DNA from: a virus
Taxonomy: Duplodnaviria > Heunggongvirae > Uroviricota > Caudoviricetes
Direction: 5' to 3' (one strand)
IMG/VR virus record: IMGVR_UViG_3300048574_000421
DNA: 64,000 bases
Part shown: positions 1-8,187 of the stretch, piece by piece
Position numbering within the stretch: the stretch's first letter is position 1
Layout of the letters: each line of letters opens with the position of its first letter
Notes under the pieces: model-generated
Databases searched by the model: none
What the model saw: the letters and a program-made list of their open reading frames with translations, nothing else
What the model was told of the DNA's origin: nothing
Translations under genes and position numbers: made by a program

Positions 1-507
1 TTAATAGACTTTGCCCAAATATTTAGGTTTATGCTCTTTATTGATAAATGCATCTACTTCTCTATCAATCTTGTTTAGTTCTTGTTGTTTTAATAATTTA
101 GAAATTTCGATATCACTATCACTGTAAAAAACTTTGTATTTTTCAGCTTTAAAACGTGTATATTCTTTACCAGAACCATCCACATCAGAGTCGAGAAACG
201 TATCAATATCATCTATTGTGACAGGTACTTCTACTTCTTCAACAGATCCTTCTTTTAAATCTTTAATGATGCTAAAAAAATGATCAAATAACTGATCATT
301 ATCATACTTTTCATTCGTAGATTTGAAATCAATCTCTTTGTCTTCTTGTTTCACTATATCAAAAATTTTATGATCACCAAGGTAGATAGCATTATTTTTG
401 TAAGTGAATGGAACTTTTATGTTTTCAACTTCAAGATTATCTTTTGATGCTTGAGTTAAAATACTTTCAAGTAAAGCTGATTCATTTGGCCTTGCTATTT
501 TTTGCAT
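1..507 (-). CDS. hypothetical protein (acidic, 168 aa)
   Basis: Complete ORF in the track: ATG at 507, stop at 1-3. No recognisable motif. Confidence 0.4.
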   Translation of the reverse strand: MQKIARPNESALLESILTQASKDNLEVENIKVPFTYKNNAIYLGDHKIFDIVKQEDKEIDFKSTNEKYDNDQLFDHFFSIIKDLKEGSVEEVEVPVTIDDIDTFLDSDVDGSGKEYTRFKAEKYKVFYSDSDIEISKLLKQQELNKIDREVDAFINKEHKPKYLGKVY

Positions 508-517
508 AATTCTCCCA

Positions 518-733
518 TTAATCTATATCGATTTTGCTCCAAGCATCTTCAATATCTTTGACAGTTTGTTCTAAATCGTTTCCACTCCTAAAAGAACCCG
601 ATAAATTAATTTCAAATCCTTGTTTGTCTTTTGTTTCTTTAAGTGTACAAACAACACCTGGACCTAAATCAAATCTTTTACTTGCAGCTTCTTTTTCAAA
701 AATAGCAGATGCAATTTTCGCTACTTTACTCAC
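518..733 (-). CDS. small hypothetical protein (71 aa)
   Basis: ORF track only. It is packed tightly against the neighbouring gene. Confidence 0.3.
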   Translation of the reverse strand: MSKVAKIASAIFEKEAASKRFDLGPGVVCTLKETKDKQGFEINLSGSFRSGNDLEQTVKDIEDAWSKIDID

Positions 734-984
734 AAAATTCTCCTTTTTATAAAACTACTCTAGTATGCTCACATTCAACACCTGTGATCGATTAAGGCGT
801 GATTACCACCACAGTGGGCCGCTTGTTTCAGGCTGAGTCTTGTCTCTTCGTCAACCAGAGTAGCTTAATTCAAAGGTATTATAAAAGCTTTGGAAAATAC
901 ATGAGAGCATTACTAACACACAAAAAAATAAACATATAGTTTCCTATGGAATACGTTTTATGATGTGCTAGAGACCTTTCGTTT

Positions 985-1251
985 TCACCCGTAATAAGTA
1001 TAAACTTCAAGGCCCATTTTTTTATAAAAAGCAATAAGGTTTTCTAAACTGATAGAATTTTCTTTAGGTTTTGCTACAATTTTGATCACGTCTTTGTAAC
1101 CAGTTTCTCTTATCTCATTAATTGCTAATTGTATGAGTTCTTTTGCTTTTCCTTGTCTACGGTATTCTGGATAAACAAAAAGATCGTAAATGTGAGTATA
1201 GTCTAGTTCAAAATCATATTGGCAATGACCATATTGAGTTCGAATTAGCAC
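985..1251 (-). CDS. GNAT-family N-acetyltransferase
   Basis: The acetyl-CoA binding motif VYPEYRRQGKAKELI (R/Q-x-x-G-x-A/G) is followed by a C-terminal beta strand typical of the GNAT fold. Size is 88 aa. Confidence 0.55.
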   Translation of the reverse strand: MLIRTQYGHCQYDFELDYTHIYDLFVYPEYRRQGKAKELIQLAINEIRETGYKDVIKIVAKPKENSISLENLIAFYKKMGLEVYTYYG

Positions 1252-2177
1252 TAAATAATTGCTTTCTTTTTCAAACTATGTATGATAGCATCATCTATAG
1301 AAAATTTTGGTTTCCATTTTAATTTTTCAAAAGCTAATGACGAATCTGCAACCAAAAAATCAGGTTCGCCCTCTCTTTTGTTTTCTATAATTACTTGAAT
1401 TTTCTTTTTTGACAAAGTCTCGACTTTATTTACAAGATCTAACACAGTATGACCCGTTTCAGAACCTAAATTATAAATGCCATTATTGTTTAATCCAAGC
1501 ACTATAGCATCACTTATATCTGAAACATGAACATAATCTCTTAAACATGTGCCATCATAAGTCGAGCAATTCATGCCATAAATCCTAAAAGGTTTGTCAT
1601 TTATTACACTTTCTAACAAAGCAATTAAAATTCTTGAACTATTATTAATACCCAGTCCAAGTTCGAGAGATGGATCCGTTCCAACAACATTAAAAAAACG
1701 AAAAATAGAATAAGAAATGTCTGAATTTATTATTGCTTTTTCAGCAATCAATTTTGAAATACCATACGGATTAATAGGCTTTAAGTCTGAGTTTTCTGTT
1801 ATGGGCATAGGTGCATTTCCATACACAGAACAAGAACTTGAAAAAACTATCTTATTTACTTCAAATTCTTTCATGATTTTTAATAAAACAATTGTTCCAG
1901 CTGCATTGTTTCGTAAATATTTTTCTGGGTCTAAAATAGATTCATTTACGAAAGCAAAAGATGCAAGATGAATAACAGCTTTAAAATTGTATTTTGAAAA
2001 TATTGATCTTAAATTTTCTTCATTCAAAATATCACATATTTCAAATGTGCCATATTTTACAACATTTTTATCGCCATTGACTAAACTATCACAACAAACA
2101 TGTCGATAACCAAGACTAGATAGTTTTTTACATACATGACTACCTATATATCCAGCACCACCTGTAACTAAAATCAT
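1251..2177 (-). CDS. galE: UDP-glucose 4-epimerase (short-chain dehydrogenase/reductase, NAD-dependent)
   Basis: N-terminal Rossmann motif ILVTGGAGYIGSHV and catalytic YxxxK (PYGISKLIAEK). The track ORF runs up to 2231, but the conserved start MILVTGGAG corresponds to the ATG at 2177-2175. The upstream extension overlaps a 13-bp terminator hairpin. Confidence 0.8.
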   Translation of the reverse strand: MILVTGGAGYIGSHVCKKLSSLGYRHVCCDSLVNGDKNVVKYGTFEICDILNEENLRSIFSKYNFKAVIHLASFAFVNESILDPEKYLRNNAAGTIVLLKIMKEFEVNKIVFSSSCSVYGNAPMPITENSDLKPINPYGISKLIAEKAIINSDISYSIFRFFNVVGTDPSLELGLGINNSSRILIALLESVINDKPFRIYGMNCSTYDGTCLRDYVHVSDISDAIVLGLNNNGIYNLGSETGHTVLDLVNKVETLSKKKIQVIIENKREGEPDFLVADSSLAFEKLKWKPKFSIDDAIIHSLKKKAII

Positions 2178-2223
2178 ATTGTTTCTCTCATTATTCAAAA
2201 ACATTGCAAAGCAAATACTAAAA

Positions 2224-2253
2224 ATGAGCATATAGGATTTCCTATATGCTCAT
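2224..2253 (-). terminator. rho-independent terminator hairpin downstream of the flotillin gene
   Basis: Perfect 13-bp inverted repeat atgagcatatagg / cctatatgctcat with a 4-nt loop. On the minus strand it is followed by TTTTAGTATTT. Confidence 0.5.
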
Positions 2254-2278
2254 TGTAATATGCTAGTCAATGTCGCTG

Positions 2279-3736
2279 TTATTCTTTTTTTTCATCGACG
2301 CTATCAAAAATACCTTTTGTAGTTACGCCAATTTTACTAAGAAGACCACTAATGTCAAAACCCATTTGACTCATAACTTCTTGAAGCATTCCTAAATTTT
2401 TAGGAACTTGTCCTGCAAACTTTTGCATTCCGCTTTGACCATTTCCTGAGTCGATAATAACAACTTTATCAATAGCAGAAAGAGGTTGTGCAGCTTCTCT
2501 AACAATTGCAGGGAATTTTTCTAAGATACTTGGTAATTTCTCAAGGATCATTTGAAATTGTCCTGCATCATCAAGCATTTTATAAGCTTCAGCTTTTTTC
2601 ATAAGACCTTCAGCTTCACCCATAAGACGTGCTTTGATTGCGGCTCCTTCAGCTTCTCCAATTGCTAAGATTCTTGCAGCTTCTCCTTCACCTTCTAATC
2701 GAAGTTTACTCTTTGCAGCTTCAGCACTTTTAATTGTTGAAGCACGTTCACCTTCAGCTTTGGCAATTTTTGCAGTTGCTTCTTTTTCAGCAGGAACAAC
2801 TTTTTTCGCATGTTCTTCTTTTTCAGCGACAAGAATCATTTGTTCTTGAACCGCAATATTTGCTTTTTGACGAGCTTCTTCAATACCGACTTGCGCTTTT
2901 ATAACTTCTTGCATTGCTTCAGCATCAGATCTTGGTCCTGCTTGCTCTGCACGTGCTCGTTCTGCAGCTACTTGCGCATCAAACATTGCTTTCTTAACAT
3001 CACGTTCTTTAATTGCTTCAAAAGTAAGAGCATCGTTCTGTGCTGCAGCAATATTTCCATCTTTTTGTGCTGATGTTGATTGTTGTTTTGCTTCTTTATC
3101 TGCATTTGCTTGTCCAATTGAAGCATCACGCATAACTTCAGCAGTACGTTTTTTACCAAGGGACTCAATATACCCTGCATCATCAGTGATACTCTGAATA
3201 TTTAAAATGTCAATTCCAACACCAATTTTCCCAAGTTCACCGTCAGCTTCTGATTTTACTTTATTATTAAGAGCTTCACGATCTTTAATTAACTGTTCAA
3301 TAGACATTGTACCAATTACTGAACGTAATTGACCTTCAAGGTTTTCTTGAACTGTAACATGAATATCAGCATCTCTTTTCCCTAAAAATCTTTCGACAGC
3401 TGCATTAAGCGATGCTTGATCGCTTTTAATCTTACATGTTGCAACAGCATCAATATTTACTTTAACACCATCTAAGTTGGGAATTCCTTTTAATGGCATT
3501 TTCAATTGAAAAGCCGCCATATCCATTACTTGATAGTCTTCAATAACAGGCCATTTGAATTTAGCACCGCCAGTTACGACAACAAAACCTTTATCAAGAT
3601 GTTTTCTTCCAAAGAAAACAGCTGCTTTGTTGGGTGGTACTTTGATATAGTTCTTTGCAAGTAATGCGACGACAACTATTAAAGAAATTACAGCACCAAC
3701 TACTACAATTATCGGTAAAAAATCTTTAAATTCCAT
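2279..3736 (-). CDS. flotillin-like SPFH/band-7 domain protein
   Basis: N-terminal TM helix, then the SPFH core (KAAVFFGRKHLDKGFVVVTGGAKFKWPVIEDYQ...). A long A/E/K-rich coiled-coil region carries flotillin-type EA repeats (AEGERASTIKSAEAAKSKLRLEGEGEAARILAIGEAEGAAIKARLMGEAEG). Confidence 0.8.
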   Translation of the reverse strand: MEFKDFLPIIVVVGAVISLIVVVALLAKNYIKVPPNKAAVFFGRKHLDKGFVVVTGGAKFKWPVIEDYQVMDMAAFQLKMPLKGIPNLDGVKVNIDAVATCKIKSDQASLNAAVERFLGKRDADIHVTVQENLEGQLRSVIGTMSIEQLIKDREALNNKVKSEADGELGKIGVGIDILNIQSITDDAGYIESLGKKRTAEVMRDASIGQANADKEAKQQSTSAQKDGNIAAAQNDALTFEAIKERDVKKAMFDAQVAAERARAEQAGPRSDAEAMQEVIKAQVGIEEARQKANIAVQEQMILVAEKEEHAKKVVPAEKEATAKIAKAEGERASTIKSAEAAKSKLRLEGEGEAARILAIGEAEGAAIKARLMGEAEGLMKKAEAYKMLDDAGQFQMILEKLPSILEKFPAIVREAAQPLSAIDKVVIIDSGNGQSGMQKFAGQVPKNLGMLQEVMSQMGFDISGLLSKIGVTTKGIFDSVDEKKE

Positions 3737-3748
3737 TTAATCTCTCCT

Positions 3749-4321
3749 TCATATTATTTTAACAATTCCAACGTTTCCTGAAATTCTAATAATTTCAACG
3801 TTAGTACCTGACACAATTTGACAACCATTCTCTGATTGTACATCTAAAGAACGAACTTGACCTTCAATTTCGATAGTAATTTCTCCTGTTCCTTGTTGAG
3901 GTATACCAACTCTTAAAGGCGCTTTTAAGCCAACAAATTTTTCATTTGTAAAAAGTGATGAAGATTGTTGAGATAGAAAAAATTTGATTATACTCCATGC
4001 ACAAAATCCAATAATTATTCCAGATAACAAACCAAAAACACCATCAATAAAAATTCCCAATCCTATAATTTGACGTTGTTGTATCACCCAACTACTTATC
4101 CAACTGTGTGAAACAATTGCTCCCATCCCAAAACCTACAAGAAAACAAGCCATGACTTTTGCTGAGAAAAAACTTGGGCTAATTGTATTATCAACATCAT
4201 GTCCTGTAAAATCAATATGATGTTCAACATTTAACCCTTCAAACCCAAATAAAAATGATACAATCAAAAAAACAAACCCTGCTAAAAAAACACATAAATA
4301 AACTGTCATCAACATATCCAT
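3749..4321 (-). CDS. NfeD-like membrane protein (SPFH-associated partner)
   Basis: Three to four N-terminal TM helices, then a C-terminal beta-rich OB-like segment (GTGEITIEIEGQVRSLDVQ...GTNVEIIRISGNVGIVKII). It lies immediately upstream of the flotillin gene, which is the conserved NfeD-SPFH operon arrangement. Confidence 0.55.
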   Translation of the reverse strand: MDMLMTVYLCVFLAGFVFLIVSFLFGFEGLNVEHHIDFTGHDVDNTISPSFFSAKVMACFLVGFGMGAIVSHSWISSWVIQQRQIIGLGIFIDGVFGLLSGIIIGFCAWSIIKFFLSQQSSSLFTNEKFVGLKAPLRVGIPQQGTGEITIEIEGQVRSLDVQSENGCQIVSGTNVEIIRISGNVGIVKII

Positions 4322-4323
4322 TT

Positions 4324-4674
4324 TTAACTCTCCTTTATAAACTTAAATTTATTTGACTTTGTCTTATCTCCTACATGAGGTTTTTTGACATCGCCTGTTT
4401 TCTCAAAACAATCTTTACATATATGTTTTATAAGAAATATTGTTTGTGAATGTTTTCCCTCAGTTTTAGTTTGATTAACGTATTTTTCGCCTGGTAAAAT
4501 CGCTTTTTTACATTCAGTACATTTCCATTTTTTTCTTGCTGTAGTTGCTTTTGTAGTATATTTTGTCCCTGCAGCATCATGATAAGCATCAATCAAGTCT
4601 TTTCTTCCTTGATTTATCACATACTCAAAAATCTCTTCTAAAATCTTGTGTTGCTTGTTATATTCATAATACAT
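4324..4674 (-). CDS. hypothetical Cys-rich (zinc-ribbon-like) protein
   Basis: CTECKK...CKDC cysteine pairs. No further homology recognised. Confidence 0.4.
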   Translation of the reverse strand: MYYEYNKQHKILEEIFEYVINQGRKDLIDAYHDAAGTKYTTKATTARKKWKCTECKKAILPGEKYVNQTKTEGKHSQTIFLIKHICKDCFEKTGDVKKPHVGDKTKSNKFKFIKES

Positions 4675-4677
4675 GTT

Positions 4678-4839
4678 TTAATCTTCTAATTCAAGGACAA
4701 TATTTGTATCTAAGAGATTCACAGAAATGATTTTCTTTCCTAAAATTGTTATAGGATCTACAAGTTGCATTTGCTCATTAAAAACTACTTGAGTCCCGCC
4801 CAAATCTGGATGTGATTCATATTCAATCAAAATTTTCAT
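4678..4839 (-). CDS. small hypothetical protein (53 aa), not in the ORF track
   Basis: Hand translation of the minus strand gives MKILIEYESHPDLGGTQVVFNEQMQLVDPITILGKKIISVNLLDTNIVLELED*. It ends 3 nt before the start of the 4324..4674 gene. Confidence 0.3.
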   Translation of the reverse strand: MKILIEYESHPDLGGTQVVFNEQMQLVDPITILGKKIISVNLLDTNIVLELED

Positions 4840-4870
4840 ATTGTTTTATATATTGTATATTTTCGAGATA

Positions 4871-4904
4871 AAACAAAAAAGTCTCTGGCGCAAGTACCAG
4901 AGAC
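4871..4904 (-). terminator. rho-independent terminator downstream of the tmRNA gene
   Basis: Perfect 8-bp stem gtctctgg / ccagagac with an 8-nt loop. On the minus strand it is followed by TTTTTTGTTTT. Confidence 0.55.
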
Positions 4905-4957
4905 TTTAATGAAGAGCTGGGATAGCTCTTTAGACAGGACAGGGATAAAAATTAAAA

Positions 4958-5360
4958 TGGAGGTAAAGGGAATTGAACCCTTGTCCATAGAACAATCCAA
5001 ACAAACTTCTACATGTTTATCTGATTTGTATCTTACATTCTTTTATCTTAAAACCAGAAAACTTTCTAAAAGAACGGCATAAACGTAATTTCGGTCCCCT
5101 TCTCACTTATGCACTTCGGTTTTCCTACGCTGTGTCAATTAGATCTTAAGCTCCACAGTATTGCCTAAGTTCTTCGTTGCTTTTAATTAAGCAACAATTG
5201 TATTCGCCATGCCCAAACGAACATTGTTCGCAAAAGCAAGAGCGAAATTAACTGCAATTTTGTTGACAGTTATATTGTAACCAGATTTTTAACGAGGCCA
5301 ACTGATCATCCTCGGCATGCAATCTGCACTTCATGTTCCATGTCGAAACCTGATACCCCC
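4958..5360 (-). ncRNA. ssrA: tmRNA (transfer-messenger RNA, ssrA)
   Basis: The minus strand 5' end GGGGGUAUCAGGUUUCGACAUGG matches the canonical tmRNA 5' end (E. coli GGGGCUGAUUCUGGAUUCGACGGG). Downstream, GCAUGCCGAGG...GUUGGCCUCGUUAAAAA matches the PK1 region of E. coli ssrA almost base for base. The 3' end GGACAAGGGUUCAAUUCCCUUUACCUCCA is a tRNA-like T-arm plus acceptor. The 5' GGGGGUA pairs with the 3' UACCUCC, giving the G3:U70 alanine identity pair, with discriminator A and CCA not encoded. Length is about 400 nt. The segment is ORF-free in the track. Confidence 0.75.
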
Positions 5361-5435
5361 CCAAAATTTTCAAAGAACTTTATCTAAAAATACAATAAAA
5401 CAAACAAGAATATAAATAATTTTTCAAATAAAAAC

Positions 5436-5666
5436 TCAATTTTTTACAAACCATTCCCATAAGTAATTGGTTTTTTTTCTTTCAGTTTTAATTGAAAAGT
5501 ATTCAATGTCTCTCCATTTAGTCATTATTCCGACTGCATCATTTTCTATAGAATGAATTTTACAAACTTCTCCTTTACTAAACACACAGCCAGGTTCCAT
5601 TATTTCTGGCACATGTGTTTTAGCTATTAAAGAGTCTCCTTCTTTAATCAATTCGAAGTTATTCAT
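5436..5666 (-). CDS. hypothetical protein (76 aa)
   Basis: ORF track only. Confidence 0.35.
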   Translation of the reverse strand: MNNFELIKEGDSLIAKTHVPEIMEPGCVFSKGEVCKIHSIENDAVGIMTKWRDIEYFSIKTERKKTNYLWEWFVKN

Positions 5667-5672
5667 TAAATT

Positions 5673-6878
5673 TCATCCTACAGGTAATCCTGACATGTAT
5701 CCATTAGTTTCACCAACTAAATCTTTCATACCTTTTGCTTTAACTTCTTCAAATTGATTTTGAAAAACAAAAAACAATCTCATGACCGAAGTTGGTTTTT
5801 CATCCCAATCAGAAACTTTCAAAGGATCAATAACAAGTTGTTGATTTATTTCAGCACCTGCACCTACACCTACTTCTTTTACTGGTGTTTCAATTCTTTG
5901 TTGAATAGCTAAATCAACACAAGCTCCACCTGCTACACCTTCAGGTCCATTGAGTCCTTGTACGCCACGTACTCCGGATTCATGATCGACATTGCTATAA
6001 AAAGAAGCACTATCTAAGCAAGCATAACTCTCTGCAGATCCTGTTGCAAGTTTTCGACTATTAGAAAGACTTTCAAAACTAGAATTTGAGCTTTTTACGC
6101 TTCTCAATGCCATTTTAGAATTTGACTTATTTACAGTCAGATTTGCGTCTGGATTACTTTCTCCAAGACCAATGCTCCCTGCTGCATAACATTGAGTAGA
6201 TGTGTGAAAATTACAGCTTTTTGCTAAATAATTTGAAGAGGATATATGGTTTGAATACTTAATTGGTTCATTATAAGTATGCCAGATTGTCTGTTGAATA
6301 ACTGGACGTTCTCTTCTTACTTTAGATCTAAAGAAAGCAAAGCCAAAAGCGGGAACTGTATCTTCTTTACCAATTACTAATTCAGGAATAGATTTTGCAA
6401 GATCTTCTGTAAAAAAGAATTGTCTTACTTTTCCATCACTTGTACGAAAACCATCCCACCATAATCTATTTGGGTGCGATACATAATTTTGCGCAGGCCA
6501 CTTGAAATTACATTTTTCGCAAAACAAACCTTCTTTGAAAGGTTCATCATGTATAGGACACTTGTCAACATATCTTTCAAGTGAAAACCCGTTAGAACGT
6601 TGTCCTGTAATTGGATTCATGCCTTTTATTGACATTAAAACTGCAGTGTTCATTTCATCATTGAGCGTCCAATCAAACCACAATCCCCAATTAGGATCAA
6701 CAGGAATTACATAGTTACCTTGTCCTGGAATCCAAGATGACAAAGGCTCTTTGAAAGAGTCAACTGGATAAACAGGTATTTGACGTCCAGAAGGAAGATC
6801 ATGTACACCTTCACCTGTCAACCTTATTGCTCTCATTATTCGTGCTGAAAACCCATTAAAATTCATTGTATACATCAT
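5673..6878 (-). CDS. hypothetical protein with CPIH-x(n)-CEKC zinc-ribbon module
   Basis: Contains DKCPIHDEPFKEGLFCEKCNF. The same module occurs in the next gene upstream. The C-terminal part is S/N-rich and low-complexity. Confidence 0.45.
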   Translation of the reverse strand: MMYTMNFNGFSARIMRAIRLTGEGVHDLPSGRQIPVYPVDSFKEPLSSWIPGQGNYVIPVDPNWGLWFDWTLNDEMNTAVLMSIKGMNPITGQRSNGFSLERYVDKCPIHDEPFKEGLFCEKCNFKWPAQNYVSHPNRLWWDGFRTSDGKVRQFFFTEDLAKSIPELVIGKEDTVPAFGFAFFRSKVRRERPVIQQTIWHTYNEPIKYSNHISSSNYLAKSCNFHTSTQCYAAGSIGLGESNPDANLTVNKSNSKMALRSVKSSNSSFESLSNSRKLATGSAESYACLDSASFYSNVDHESGVRGVQGLNGPEGVAGGACVDLAIQQRIETPVKEVGVGAGAEINQQLVIDPLKVSDWDEKPTSVMRLFFVFQNQFEEVKAKGMKDLVGETNGYMSGLPVG

Positions 6879-6902
6879 AAAACTACCTCCAAGTGTTTAT
6901 AA

Positions 6903-6937
6903 TAAAAAAATAGGATACACTATTTTTTTAGTGTATC
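6903..6937 (-). terminator. rho-independent terminator
   Basis: 9-bp stem ggatacact / agtgtatcc with a T-rich loop. On the minus strand the stem is followed by TATTTTTTTA, immediately after the stop of 6947..7855. Confidence 0.5.
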
Positions 6938-6946
6938 CACAATAAA

Positions 6947-7855
6947 TTAGTATGTTTTGTGTGAAGAAACTCTAAAAGGATCGTTTTCACGCGACTTTGA
7001 GATTCTTCTTTTTAAACTTGGAAGTTTATCTTCATCTTTTAATTGTTTGAACTTGAGGAATATTTTTGGGAATGTTTGTGAGAGTGTATCAAACTTTAGT
7101 TCTCTATAAAGTCTGGGTGTTTCTGTTGGAATGTTTTCTTTGACAAGTCTGAGAAATGTCAGTCTATCAATATCTTTTGTATCGTATGTTGTACCGCATT
7201 CTTCACAATATCCATCTATTAAAAGAACATTGTTATGTATAGGACATTCAAAAAAGACATCGAGCGGAAATTCACCAACTTTGTAGATCTGTTTCATTTC
7301 ACCACAAATAACAAATGTCGATGGTGTTTCTTGATGCCGTGCTTTCCTTAACATATAAAGAGAATTTTCAACATCAACTTTCCCGTCTTCAAGAAAAACA
7401 ATACAAGGTCTATCCTTACATCGTTTCTTAAGAACATCTTCAACTTCAGGAAGAGAATCTTTACCGTATGCTTCGAGAAGTTCAATATCAGAATAACCTC
7501 CAACAGGTTTAAAAGTTTTAAGAAGTTCAGCTATATTATCTGAAGATGGTTTTGTTGGTGCAGGCTTTTCTTGTTTTTGTTCAGCTAAAGAAGCCCATGC
7601 GAGTTTTAAACGAGGTACAGGAATAGCAGCACCTTCTACATGAACTTTTGCAACTGCTCCATAGAAATCATCAAATGATGTTGTTGGAGAATCTAAGATT
7701 TCTAAGCCAATTTCTGGTTCATCGATTCCCATTTCAAAAAGAATCTTATCGAGTTCGCTTTTTTCAATTTTGAGATATTTTAAAGCAGCTTCAATGCGGG
7801 AATTTAAGACTGTAGCACTTCGTTCTTGAATACGATTTTCAAGGAATTCGTTCAT
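6947..7855 (-). CDS. hypothetical protein with CPIH-x(n)-CEEC zinc-ribbon module
   Basis: Contains CPIHNNVLLIDGYCEECGT, paralogous to the module in 5673..6878. Confidence 0.45.
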   Translation of the reverse strand: MNEFLENRIQERSATVLNSRIEAALKYLKIEKSELDKILFEMGIDEPEIGLEILDSPTTSFDDFYGAVAKVHVEGAAIPVPRLKLAWASLAEQKQEKPAPTKPSSDNIAELLKTFKPVGGYSDIELLEAYGKDSLPEVEDVLKKRCKDRPCIVFLEDGKVDVENSLYMLRKARHQETPSTFVICGEMKQIYKVGEFPLDVFFECPIHNNVLLIDGYCEECGTTYDTKDIDRLTFLRLVKENIPTETPRLYRELKFDTLSQTFPKIFLKFKQLKDEDKLPSLKRRISKSRENDPFRVSSHKTY

Positions 7856-7986
7856 TTTTTTCTCCTGTTTTGAACCTCTTGGTTCTGTTTGTTTTTGCTA
7901 CTCTTGTAGCTTTTCGTAACTTGGTCTCACAGTTACAGTTACCTAAGCATCTCTATTTTAAGTCTTGAGAGCTATAGACTTTGTTT

Positions 7987-8187
7987 TTACTTCTTCATCT
8001 CCTTTCGTTTCTTGTTTATAAGAATATATATAATTGTAAGTGTAATAGGCCAAAAAATCGAATAAAAAATTTTAGGTGTAATTTCTGTTGTCTTCCAAAA
8101 TTTTTCTAGTGTCATATAGATAAAAAATATAAGGCATAAAACTATATAAATTATAATAGGTGCATTAAAATGCATGTAAGCTCTCAC
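7987..8187 (-). CDS. small membrane protein (2 predicted TM helices), holin-like by architecture only
   Basis: 66 aa. Two hydrophobic helices (IIIYIVLCLIFFIYM and IFYSIFWPITLTIIYILI) and a basic C-terminus KKRKEMKK. Confidence 0.35.
   Translation of the reverse strand: MRAYMHFNAPIIIYIVLCLIFFIYMTLEKFWKTTEITPKIFYSIFWPITLTIIYILINKKRKEMKK

Noticed and set aside
1251-2231. GalE starting at the Met at 2231, as listed in the ORF track
   Set aside because: The extra 18 residues (MLIFSICFAMFLNNERNN) are not part of any epimerase. They overlap a perfect 13-bp terminator hairpin. The conserved MILVTGGAG start is at 2177.
2634-3183. Plus-strand ORFs nested inside minus-strand genes, for example 2634..2849, 2810..3073, 19052..19580, 27995..28352 and 44177..44617
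   Set aside because: They lie entirely within well-supported minus-strand genes (flotillin, sbcC, SSB, the helicase intein). They are low-complexity F/S/L-rich shadow frames typical of AT-rich DNA and have no RBS.
4912-4957. Second hairpin (aagagct gggat agctctt) between the tmRNA 3' end and the terminator
   Set aside because: It has a short 7-bp stem without an adjacent U-run. It is more likely part of the tmRNA 3' trailer or processing site than an independent feature.
4950-5000. Stand-alone tRNA gene suggested by the GGGTTCAATTCCC T-arm
   Set aside because: No matching 5' acceptor strand or anticodon arm lies within the usual 70-90 nt. The 5' partner (GGGGGUA) lies about 400 nt away, and the intervening sequence matches tmRNA, so the T-arm belongs to ssrA.
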